Positions 1 through 7,759 are shown, counted from the stretch's first letter. The stretch: 14,232 nt of DNA from an uncultured Deferribacteres bacterium (GCA_964014485.1 CAXHAT010000203.1:1-14232); one strand, 5' to 3'. Translations and numbers: made by a program. Notes: generated by a model not told the origin, from the sequence alone.

Positions 1-2
1 TG

Positions 3-34
3 AAAATAACTCAGAAACGCCTTGGGGGCGTTTC
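3..34 (-). terminator. Probable intrinsic terminator of the HTTM operon
   Basis: 8-bp perfect stem GAAACGCC (14-21) / GGCGTTTC (27-34) with a 5-nt loop, 18 nt past the stop at 53. On the minus strand it is followed by an imperfect U-rich tail (TGAGTTATTTT). Confidence 0.5.
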
Positions 35-52
35 CGGATGGACACTAATTAC

Positions 53-1162
53 TCACGCCGTATAATTCACCTTCCAAACGCGTGTCAGGGAATTGATGAC
101 GCCGTGCTTTTTCACATATCTTACGCCTAAAATCATAAAGATGAGAATGGGGATCGCCCATGTTGCGACGGCGACGTAAATGTAGTCAATTCCTACCGCA
201 TCAGTGACGATCAACAACGGACGGTCGGCGATGAAGTGGAACATGGTCATGTAAAGCAGGCCAAACGCAACAATGAAAGCCGGTTTGATTTTATTGAAGT
301 AAGACGCTATGCGAGTGTGATTAACCGAGAACAGCGGCGCCCAGAACAGCAGGTAGAGGATGGCAAACATTTCGAAGCCAATGTTCAAAATCAGCATGTT
401 CATCAAGTGGAAAGTAAGGGCGATTATCGTAAACGCTCTGAAAATTGAAGGGCGAATAATCGCCGCCAGAAAACCTATTTCGAAAATGATTGGGGCCCAA
501 TCGAAGAATTCCCAAACAATCGGACTCTCAATATTCACAAAGAAGCTGGCTAAAAGCTGCGTGTTTTCGTGGACGAAATATTGCGAAAGCAAATAGTTTT
601 TCACTGCGAGCGAGTCCAGCATCATCCAGCCGCCCATCATTTTGGGGTAGCCAGCGGTGAACATGGCGAAGCCCAAAATGATGCTCATCCACGTGATTGG
701 CCATGAGGCGACCTCTTTGTTTGCGAGCCCCTTTTTGGCGTCGATTGAATAGGCCGCACCCCAGTTTGAGAACGACATGACGAAAGGAATCATCCAGGGC
801 AGCAGGTCATGGCAGATTTTTCCCAATGAATAATCGAAAGATTTTGCCAGCACGGCGACGCACGTAATCGCAAGAGAGACGAAGCGGGTTTTGTACCCAA
901 AAAGCAGGAAGATAAACAATAGCGCGATGATGTAGCCAAATGCATTGAGAACCAATTCCGGAGGAAAGCCTGGAAAAAATCGAGCAATCCCAATCGGCGG
1001 CGTAAACAAGGCGTTTGGGTAGGCGGCGATCCACTCAAATTTGGGAAGGCCGTTGATAAATAGAAAATAGAGGGCGTAAATAATTCTGAAAAGACCGAGG
1101 TTTTCCGGCGATATTCGGTACGAATCGAAAATCCAGCGATTGAATTTCTGGTTGAGCGTCAT
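53..1162 (-). CDS. HTTM-domain / vitamin K-dependent gamma-carboxylase-like (SdpB-like) polytopic membrane protein
   Basis: 369 aa with many TM segments. Motifs typical of HTTM/VKGC proteins: 'SPENLGLFRIIYA', 'LFIFLLFGYKTR', 'GKICHD', 'FTAGYPKMMGGW', 'FHLMNMLILNIGF'. Confidence 0.8.
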   Translation of the reverse strand: MTLNQKFNRWIFDSYRISPENLGLFRIIYALYFLFINGLPKFEWIAAYPNALFTPPIGIARFFPGFPPELVLNAFGYIIALLFIFLLFGYKTRFVSLAITCVAVLAKSFDYSLGKICHDLLPWMIPFVMSFSNWGAAYSIDAKKGLANKEVASWPITWMSIILGFAMFTAGYPKMMGGWMMLDSLAVKNYLLSQYFVHENTQLLASFFVNIESPIVWEFFDWAPIIFEIGFLAAIIRPSIFRAFTIIALTFHLMNMLILNIGFEMFAILYLLFWAPLFSVNHTRIASYFNKIKPAFIVAFGLLYMTMFHFIADRPLLIVTDAVGIDYIYVAVATWAIPILIFMILGVRYVKKHGVINSLTRVWKVNYTA

Positions 1163-1191
1163 AGCGTTTTGTATTTGAATGTGATAGGAAT

Positions 1192-1659
1192 TTAAAGCGC
1201 AATTTCAACTTCGTAAAGGAGCTCTTCAAAGTTTTCATCGCCGGCATTTTTAGCGTCGCGTTTGGTTTTTATTGAACGAGCTTGAATTGCAGCGAGATCG
1301 CTCCGCCCCGTGATTTTTTCCAAACGTCGTCGAAGCCATGTTTTAAATTCAGCTTCATGTCCCGGCCTGATCCGGCTGTGTTTGGCAAACGCCACACGCA
1401 TCATGTTGACGCGATAAAACGGCGGCGCATCGTAAAATAGATCGTGGATAGTGAGCGCTTCCTCAGCGCCGTCCGCGTAACGGACATTCAAGCGCCATTC
1501 GCGAATGGTCGGGTCGGCGAGTTTCTTCGGCGCATTTGCAAAGTCGGGCATGATGATCGCCGGGTAGGGCTGCGTTTTTTTGATGCGGAAAAACGCATAT
1601 TGCACGATTAACGCCGGAAAAGTGAGGATGAAAATGATTCGGACGAATTTCTTGCTCAT
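1192..1659 (-). CDS. Hypothetical single-TM protein, probable HTTM partner (SdpA-like position)
   Basis: 155 aa, ATG start, N-terminal hydrophobic anchor followed by 'QPYPAIIMPDFA'. Co-directional with the HTTM gene and 29 bp upstream of it. Confidence 0.7.
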   Translation of the reverse strand: MSKKFVRIIFILTFPALIVQYAFFRIKKTQPYPAIIMPDFANAPKKLADPTIREWRLNVRYADGAEEALTIHDLFYDAPPFYRVNMMRVAFAKHSRIRPGHEAEFKTWLRRRLEKITGRSDLAAIQARSIKTKRDAKNAGDENFEELLYEVEIAL

Positions 1660-1817
1660 AAAATTTCAATGGTGATTAGTCTGTTCAAATGATGAATTTA
1701 CTATACAGCTAACCAATCGCGTTTGCGGTCTTGGTCGAAGCGTGACTCTGGAGTCAAACGTTTCAGCATTTGAGTATAGTTTGCCGTCGCTGGCGCCGAT
1801 GGATCGCCGCACTCCGA

Positions 1818-2003
1818 TTATCAACATCATTCCGCGGAATCGCACCGCCGTCAACCTAATTTCGAGACGCCCAAAATTCTCGCTCCTAATCTCTGGATTG
1901 GGAACGTAGTAGCACTCGAAACTCCAGTTTCGAGTGAATGCTTTGGTTCGAAACTGGGGTTCCTCGCCTATTTTTAAACCCAAACCGGAGTTTGGGAACG
2001 AGC
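1818..2003. repeat. Nested REP-like palindrome cassette, copy 1 (direct repeat of 9862-10046)
   Basis: 1852-2003 aligns without gaps to 9895-10046 with 19 mismatches in 152 bp (hand count), and similarity extends to TTATCAA at 1818/9862. Contains the hairpin CACTCGAAACT-CC-AGTTTCGAGTG (1913-1936) and a terminal CCCAAACCGGAGTTTGGGAACGAG unit. Confidence 0.9.
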
Positions 2004-2037
2004 TGCAAAATCGCCGCGCTCCGAAAAAGAGTTATCC

Positions 2038-2279
2038 ACTGATGTTACGCGCGCCTCGTTTGGCGTGAGTGATCAAAGCCCGTAGCAACTATTGATTCTT
2101 ATTAGCTCCGTTCTTCAGAGCGGAGATATTTGAGGACGGCCGTCCCTCTCTTCCGCCGCGCCAGCGCGGCGGAAGAGAGGGAAATGGGCGTTCTGCGCTT
2201 CACCGGGCTGAAGCCCGGCGCTAATGAGACAAGATTTGCCCCGAGATTTAGGCTATGTGTTGCTGCGCGTAGCATCAGT
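2038..2279. mobile_element. MITE-like non-autonomous element A
   Basis: Terminal inverted repeats ACTGATGTTACGCGC (2038-2052) / GCGCGTAGCATCAGT (2265-2279), 14/15 match and the same as element B. Flanks TTATCCA (2032-2038) / TTGTTCA (2279-2285) match 5/7. No credible CDS inside. Confidence 0.75.
2097..2229. repeat. REP doublet (REPIN-like) enclosing a perfect 19-bp hairpin, inside element A
   Basis: TCTTATTAGCTCCGTTCTTCAGAGCGGAG (2097-2125) matches the reverse complement of CACCGGGCTGAAGCCCGGCGCTAATGAGA (2201-2229) at 22/29 positions, and each unit is itself a hairpin. Central perfect inverted repeat TCCCTCTCTTCCGCCGCGC (2143-2161) / 2164-2182. Confidence 0.85.
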
Positions 2280-2353
2280 TGTTCAGAAAGCGGGGGCTGG
2301 AAAAACGGAATTATGCACTTCAGAACCTTGACGTTTTCAACGTGATTCTTCTT

Positions 2354-2382
2354 TTGCGTTTTTGATTCTGTGCTGTTATGTT
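2354..2382 (+). promoter_or_regulatory. Putative sigma70-type promoter of the nanA-like operon
   Basis: TTGCGT (2354-2359), 17-bp spacer, TATGTT (2377-2382) with extended -10 TG at 2374-2375. Homologous to 6041-6069. Confidence 0.6.
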
Positions 2383-2451
2383 GAGCGCAATTCTGGCTGC
2401 TGGAGCGTTCCGAACGCATCCCCCATTACTTTTGAACAACGATCATAATAT

Positions 2452-3339
2452 ATGGACGAGTTTACCGGCATTTTCCCCGCCATGCTCACGCCGCTTGATG
2501 AAGAGGGCAATCCGGCCCATCAAGTGGCGGAGCGGTTAATCGATGCACTGATCGAAGACGGCGCGGACGGGCTCTATCTTCTTGGTTCGACGGGTATCGG
2601 CCCTCTCCTGAATTCTGACGAGCGGAAGCAATTGCTTGAAACCGCCGTTTCGGCCGTGGGCGGTCGCGTTCCCCTAATTGTCCATGTTGGCGCTAATTCA
2701 ACCGGCGAGTCCATCGAATTGGCCAAACACGCAAAGCATGCCGGCGCCGACGCGATTTCCAGCGTTGGCCCAATTTATTACCCTCACACGACCGAAACAG
2801 TTTTTACACATTACCGCCGAATTGGAGAATGTACAGACCTGCCATTCTTTCCCTACCATCTCCAAAACACAAGCTCGCTGACGCTGCCAGTAGAACAGTT
2901 TGCCAATGAGATCGCAAATTTGCCCAATGTTGTCGGCATGAAATTCACCTCACTCGACGTTTACCAAATGGGGCGTATAAAATCAGCGCTTCCAGATGAA
3001 TTCCTACTCTTTTCGGGCGCTGATGAAGTGCTTTGTCATGCGCTGCTTTCTGGCGCCACCGGGGCTATTGGATCGTACTACAATCTATTCGCGGGCGCCT
3101 GTCGTCGCGCCCGAACGCGATGCGAGTCCGGCGATATTGCCTTTGCAACAGATTTTATGATGACGTTTCAAGACATTATTGCTCAGACGGTGAGCGACTT
3201 GTGGGGTTTTATGCGGATCGCCCTGCAAATTAACTATGACCTCGATATTGGCAATCCGAGACCTCCCCTCATAGGCTCTCCGCAAGACTGGTCTCATGAA
3301 CGTGTACGTACTCTCATCGACAAATTACGATCTCTCTGA
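2452..3339 (+). CDS. nanA: N-acetylneuraminate lyase-like protein (DHDPS/NAL family class I aldolase)
   Basis: GLYLLGSTG loop, catalytic Tyr in 'FFPYHL', Schiff-base Lys in 'GMKFTS', NAL-type 'GADE' and 'GAIGSYYN'. Adjacent to a NanM-like/SSS fusion. The family is secure; the exact substrate is inferred. Confidence 0.75.
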   Translation: MDEFTGIFPAMLTPLDEEGNPAHQVAERLIDALIEDGADGLYLLGSTGIGPLLNSDERKQLLETAVSAVGGRVPLIVHVGANSTGESIELAKHAKHAGADAISSVGPIYYPHTTETVFTHYRRIGECTDLPFFPYHLQNTSSLTLPVEQFANEIANLPNVVGMKFTSLDVYQMGRIKSALPDEFLLFSGADEVLCHALLSGATGAIGSYYNLFAGACRRARTRCESGDIAFATDFMMTFQDIIAQTVSDLWGFMRIALQINYDLDIGNPRPPLIGSPQDWSHERVRTLIDKLRSL

Positions 3340-3381
3340 CGCTTCGTCCGCCATACCCGATTCTAAAGAGAAATTCACTTG

Positions 3382-5943
3382 ATGACCATTCACAAATCGA
3401 TAGCCTTGCCCGCCTTTGTACTTTCCCTACTCCTGAGTTGCCTTCCCGCTCCGCTCGCGGCCCAATTGCCTTTCGATAGCCTGCCCCCGCTTCCGGATGA
3501 AGAAGGATTCGCCGGAATGTTCGCAGGTGTGACTGGAGACGTCGTTTTAGCGGCCGGCGGCGCCAATTTCCCCGAGGCTCGCCCTTGGGAAGGCGGAACG
3601 AAAATTTGGTATGATCACATTTTTGCCTTCGAAAACGGCGGTTGGCGACGGCGCGAACAAACACTTCCCAGCCCACGCGCTTACGGCGTTTCCGTGAGTC
3701 ATGACGATGCGGTGGTGATTGCGGGCGGCTCTGACAGCGCACAGCATTTTGCGACCGTGTTTCGGCTTCGTTATGCAGACGGCGAATTGGAGACCGAGCG
3801 CCTGCCTGATTTGCCAAAATCTCTGGCGAACATGGCTGGCGCCCTTGTTGGCGATGAACTCTACATCGCCGGGGGTACAGAGTCGCCCTCAGCGACTATT
3901 GCTTCGAGTGGATTCTATGCCTTAAACCTCGCTTTGCCTTATGCACAAATGCAATGGCGACAGCTTGAATCCTGGCCCGGCCCGGAGCGAACCCAACCCG
4001 TTGCCGCTAGTTCAGGCCAGGCGTTTTATCTTTTTTCTGGCAGCAGAGTTGGCGTTGATCCGGATACCGGCTCGCCCAAGCGCATTTTGCCGCTTTTGAC
4101 GGACGCCTACATGTACCGTCCGTCTCCAGTCAAGCCGCCGGACGGGTACTGGCAAAAACTTCCCGGTATGCCCCGCGCTGCGGTTGCAGCGCCGTCTCCC
4201 GCGCCCTTTATCGGGCAACAGCACATCTTGCTCCTCGGCGGTGTTGATGCCGGTGTTGCTGCACATACAAACGTGAAAGAGCATCCCGGATTTACGCACG
4301 AAATCCTTGCTTATCGAGCCGTAGAACAGGATTGGAGCACCTTGGGTCTACTGCCTACGGGCGTTTCAAGAGTCACCGCGCCGACAGTGCAGTATCAAAA
4401 CGACTGGTTGGTTGTCAGCGGAGAGAGAAGGCCCGGCGCGCGGTCTCCCAACGTCTTGCAAATGCGCCGGAAAAGTTCATTCGGGTCTTTGAACTGGTTG
4501 ATCTTGATACTTTATCTCATCGTGACTCTTGCTATCGGTTTTCGATTTTCGAGAAAAAATCACTCGACTTCGGACTTCTTCCTTGCCGGTCGGCGAATTC
4601 CCTGGTGGGCGGCCGGAATCAGCATTTACGGCACGCAATTGAGCGCCATCACGTTTATGTCTTTGCCGGCTGTGGTGTATGGCACGAATTGGGCGCTCGT
4701 CGTCGGGACGCTCACGATCGTCGCTATCGTCCCTGTGATCGTTCATCTGTATTTGCCGTACTTCCGTCGGCTCGAAATAACCACAGTTTACGAATTACTG
4801 GAATCGCGTTTCAACCTGGCCGTCAGATGGTTTGGTGCGCTCAGTTTTTTAATGCTTCAGCTTGGCAGAATGGGAATTGTGCTGTTCTTGCCCGCGTTAG
4901 CTCTCGCCAGCGTGACCGGCGTTGATATTTTCACTTGCATCATCTTGATGGGGATCGTCGCCACCATCTACACGTTTCTTGGCGGTATCGAAGCCGTGAT
5001 CTGGACTGATGTGCTTCAGGTCGTTGTTTTACTTGGCGGCGCCGTCGCCAGCGTCGCGGTCGCCGCTTCCGGGGTTGAAGGCGGCTTGATGGGCGTATAC
5101 GAAACCGGCATGGCTCTTGGCAAAATGGACGTTGTAAATCCCGGATGGAGTTTTCGGGAATTAACGCTTTGGGTTCTTTTGATTAGCTTCATTTTCCTCA
5201 ACCTGACGCCTTATACTTCCGATCAGACAGTGGTTCAACGATATTTGACCACGAAGGACGAGAAGGCCGCCGCGCGCGGCGTGTGGACGAACGGCTTGAT
5301 GACCTTCATCAGCGTCGCAGTTTTTTATACGCTTGGCACGGCTTTATATGTTTTCTATCTCAAGAATCCGGGGCAGATCCCCGCCGGTCGAGGTGAAGAA
5401 ATTTTGCCGATGTTTATTCTTCACAATCTACCGTCGGGCGCCGCAGGCTTGGTGATTGCCGGGATTTTTGCCGCGACCATGTCGTCTCTCGATAGCAGCA
5501 TGAACAGCGCCGCCACCGTTTGTGTAAACGATTTTTTCAGACAGCGAAAAAAGATCGACAATGATGCAAAGAGATTGTCAATCGCCCGCTACATTACCCT
5601 CGCTCTAGGTCTCCTCGCAACCGGATCAGCCATTCTTTTGGCGACATTCGAGATCAAATATCTCTTTGACTATTTTCAGGAAATTCTGGGTCTCTTCGGC
5701 GGCAGTCTCACCGGAGTGCTTATTCTGGCGTTGTTTGTGAAACGTTCGAACGCGCCGGGCGCGCTTGTCGGCGGCTTCATCGGCGCCTTGCTGCCGTTTG
5801 TGATCAAACAGAGCGGGCTCGGACTCAACGGCTATCTTTACGGGGCCGTCGGCGTAATTTCGTGTGTTATTTTCGGCTTGATTATCAGCGCCATGACCGC
5901 CGGACGATTCCCGCCAAAGCCGCTGGAACTAGCGTCAAACTAA
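3382..5943 (+). CDS. Fusion of a signal peptide, a Kelch-repeat NanM-like sialic acid mutarotase domain and a sodium:solute symporter (SiaT-like)
   Basis: Signal peptide ending 'PLAA'. Kelch blades 'AGGANFP', 'IAGGSD', 'YIAGG', 'LLGG', plus NanM-like 'GERRPGAR'. SSS motifs 'DFFLAGRRIPWWAAGISIYGTQLSAITF', 'GGIEAVIWTDVLQ', 'DQTVVQRYL', 'AATMSSLDS'. ATG at 3382 preferred over TTG at 3379. Confidence 0.9.
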   Translation: MTIHKSIALPAFVLSLLLSCLPAPLAAQLPFDSLPPLPDEEGFAGMFAGVTGDVVLAAGGANFPEARPWEGGTKIWYDHIFAFENGGWRRREQTLPSPRAYGVSVSHDDAVVIAGGSDSAQHFATVFRLRYADGELETERLPDLPKSLANMAGALVGDELYIAGGTESPSATIASSGFYALNLALPYAQMQWRQLESWPGPERTQPVAASSGQAFYLFSGSRVGVDPDTGSPKRILPLLTDAYMYRPSPVKPPDGYWQKLPGMPRAAVAAPSPAPFIGQQHILLLGGVDAGVAAHTNVKEHPGFTHEILAYRAVEQDWSTLGLLPTGVSRVTAPTVQYQNDWLVVSGERRPGARSPNVLQMRRKSSFGSLNWLILILYLIVTLAIGFRFSRKNHSTSDFFLAGRRIPWWAAGISIYGTQLSAITFMSLPAVVYGTNWALVVGTLTIVAIVPVIVHLYLPYFRRLEITTVYELLESRFNLAVRWFGALSFLMLQLGRMGIVLFLPALALASVTGVDIFTCIILMGIVATIYTFLGGIEAVIWTDVLQVVVLLGGAVASVAVAASGVEGGLMGVYETGMALGKMDVVNPGWSFRELTLWVLLISFIFLNLTPYTSDQTVVQRYLTTKDEKAAARGVWTNGLMTFISVAVFYTLGTALYVFYLKNPGQIPAGRGEEILPMFILHNLPSGAAGLVIAGIFAATMSSLDSSMNSAATVCVNDFFRQRKKIDNDAKRLSIARYITLALGLLATGSAILLATFEIKYLFDYFQEILGLFGGSLTGVLILALFVKRSNAPGALVGGFIGALLPFVIKQSGLGLNGYLYGAVGVISCVIFGLIISAMTAGRFPPKPLELASN

Positions 5944-6040
5944 TCTATGTGAGACCATTCCGTATTGTGCATCAGAATTGTCGCGAAGAGATGAAACGTT
6001 CGCGAAGTCAGGCGGAATGATCGTTAAAGTGATTCTTCTT

Positions 6041-6069
6041 TTGCATTTTTAGCGCGGCATTATTATGTT
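6041..6069 (+). promoter_or_regulatory. Putative sigma70-type promoter of the OmpA-family gene
   Basis: TTGCAT (6041-6046), 17-bp spacer, TATGTT (6064-6069). Preceded by GTGATTCTTCTT, identical to 2342-2353. Confidence 0.6.
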
Positions 6070-6193
6070 GGCCTCAATTTTGATGATTGCGCCGGGCGCA
6101 TCGCGTGCGTTTGTCTTTGAAAAAATTCCCGGGGATCAAGCCAACTGCCAGTTCAACTTATCGGATAAGTTCAATTTTTAGAAGGAGAATGAC

Positions 6194-7690
6194 ATGGGCC
6201 GTTTCAGTACGTACAGATTGGGCGGTATCGCGTTATTGATTTTTGCCTCGAGCCTTTTTGCGCAGGATGATCTTAAAACCACGCTTTTTAAAGAAGTGAA
6301 CGAAGTGCGGGCCGCCGCCAAGGAGGTGCAAGCCGACTTGCTGTCGCCGGAAAATTTTCGAAAAGGCGTTGATGAATATTTGAAGGCGGAGGCAGATTTT
6401 TCGCGCGGCAAAAATTTGGACGACGTTCGGAAAAGACTCGACAAAGCGACCATGTTTTTTAGCAAGGCGCATCAAGGCACCGAATTGGCGAACGTCACGT
6501 TTCGCACTTTGATGAAAGCGCGCAGCGACGCTGAAAACGCTGAGGCGATCAAGTATGCTCGCCTGCGTTGGCAGGACGGCGAAAGTGCGTTTTTTACTGC
6601 AGCCAGAGCGCTCGAAAAAGGCGATATTACAACGGCGAGAAACAAGGGAGCTGATGCTGAAAAGCTTTATCGACAGGCTGAGTTGGAGTCGATCAAACTC
6701 GTTTACCTTGAAGATACCTGGAAGCTCATCCGCGAAGCGCGCGAGCTCAAAGTTGAAAAACGCGCGCCGCAAACATTGGCGCGTGCTGAAACGTTGGTTC
6801 GTAGAGCGGAGAAGGAACTTAACGAGAACCGCTACGATCTTGATTTGCCGCGCAGTTTGGCTCGCGAAGCGAATTACGAAGCAAGACATGCACTTTACCT
6901 TGCCAATACCATCACCAAGTTGGAACAGGCAAAGCAAAGCTACGAAGACTTGATGCTTGCCTGGGAAAGACCGATTCGCGCCATCGCCGAAAAGATGGAT
7001 TTTGTCGCAGAGTTTGACGAAGGTTTGGGAAAACCAACACTTGAGATAGAGCGAAAATTTATTGAAGCGCAGGAAAAAGCTGAGAATTTAAGCAGCGAAA
7101 TCGCTGAGCGCGACGACCGCATTGCCAATTATGAACAACGCCTCGCGGAAATTCAAACGCATGTCGCAAAGCTTGAAAAACAAGTCGGACATGTGGAACA
7201 AGAACGTTCTGCATTGGCGCAGCGCATGGCGGAGCAAGCGGAAAACCGCAAGCGCTTTACGCAAGTGGCCGAGTTTTTTACCCGCGATGAAGCAAGAGTT
7301 TATCGTGAAGGTGAGCGCGTCTATCTTCGTTTGCACAGCTTGAATTTTCCAGTTGGGCGCTCGACGATTGAGCCGCAATACTACGCGTTGCTTGCCAAAG
7401 TCCGCGACGCTATCAATATTTTCCCGGATTGCAGCATTGAAGTGAACGGCCATACCGATTCTCACGGCAGCGACGAGGCGAATCTCCGACTCTCGGAAGA
7501 ACGCGCCGCCGCCGTCAAACAGTACATGACCGTAAATATGCAAATCAGCCCGTCACGGATCGCCTCAATCGGTTTTGGTGAGAGCCAACCAATTGCCAGC
7601 AATGAAACCAAAGCCGGACGCGCCAAAAACCGCCGCATCGATGTGGTGATTGAGCCCAAAATCATGGCGGACGAAAGCGGCACGAACTAA
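6194..7690 (+). CDS. OmpA-family peptidoglycan-binding protein with long helical/coiled-coil N-terminal region
   Basis: RBS AAGGAG upstream and a signal peptide ending 'SLFA'. C-terminal OmpA_C motifs 'NFPVGRSTI', 'VNGHTDSHGSDEANLRLSEERA', 'GFGESQPIASNETKAGRAKNRRIDV'. Confidence 0.92.
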   Translation: MGRFSTYRLGGIALLIFASSLFAQDDLKTTLFKEVNEVRAAAKEVQADLLSPENFRKGVDEYLKAEADFSRGKNLDDVRKRLDKATMFFSKAHQGTELANVTFRTLMKARSDAENAEAIKYARLRWQDGESAFFTAARALEKGDITTARNKGADAEKLYRQAELESIKLVYLEDTWKLIREARELKVEKRAPQTLARAETLVRRAEKELNENRYDLDLPRSLAREANYEARHALYLANTITKLEQAKQSYEDLMLAWERPIRAIAEKMDFVAEFDEGLGKPTLEIERKFIEAQEKAENLSSEIAERDDRIANYEQRLAEIQTHVAKLEKQVGHVEQERSALAQRMAEQAENRKRFTQVAEFFTRDEARVYREGERVYLRLHSLNFPVGRSTIEPQYYALLAKVRDAINIFPDCSIEVNGHTDSHGSDEANLRLSEERAAAVKQYMTVNMQISPSRIASIGFGESQPIASNETKAGRAKNRRIDVVIEPKIMADESGTN

Positions 7691-7712
7691 TCAGCGATAC
7701 AAATGAAATTCT

Positions 7713-7759
7713 AAAGCCCTGCACCGCTTTTAAGATTTTGAAGGCGGGCGGGGCTTTTT
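7713..7759 (+). terminator. Intrinsic terminator after the OmpA-family gene
   Basis: Long imperfect GC-rich hairpin AAAGCCCTGCACCGCTT...AAGGCGGGCGGGGCTTT followed by TTTTTGTTTT, 22 nt after the stop. Confidence 0.7.

Noticed and set aside
1743..1756. Palindrome TGACTC-TG-GAGTCA overlapping a minus-strand TTGACT, considered as a MerR-type promoter/operator
   Set aside because: No acceptable -10 at 17-19 bp spacing, and a 6-bp arm can occur by chance.
1666..1983. 105-aa minus-strand ORF upstream of the HTTM partner, considered as an SdpC-like precursor or substrate peptide
   Set aside because: Starts inside and runs through the palindromic repeat cassette; no signal peptide, RBS or protein-like composition.
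1852..2229. Clustered palindromes considered as a CRISPR array or integron attC sites
   Set aside because: Units are inverted and nested rather than direct repeats with unique spacers. No cas or integrase gene, and no attC-type RYYYAAC/GTTRRRY box pairing was identified.
2102..2419. ORFs 2102-2419 (-) and 2130-2345 (+)
   Set aside because: They overlap element A and the predicted promoter; no transposase or other recognisable motifs.
6233..6937. 234-aa antisense ORF
   Set aside because: Shadow of the well-supported OmpA-family gene.
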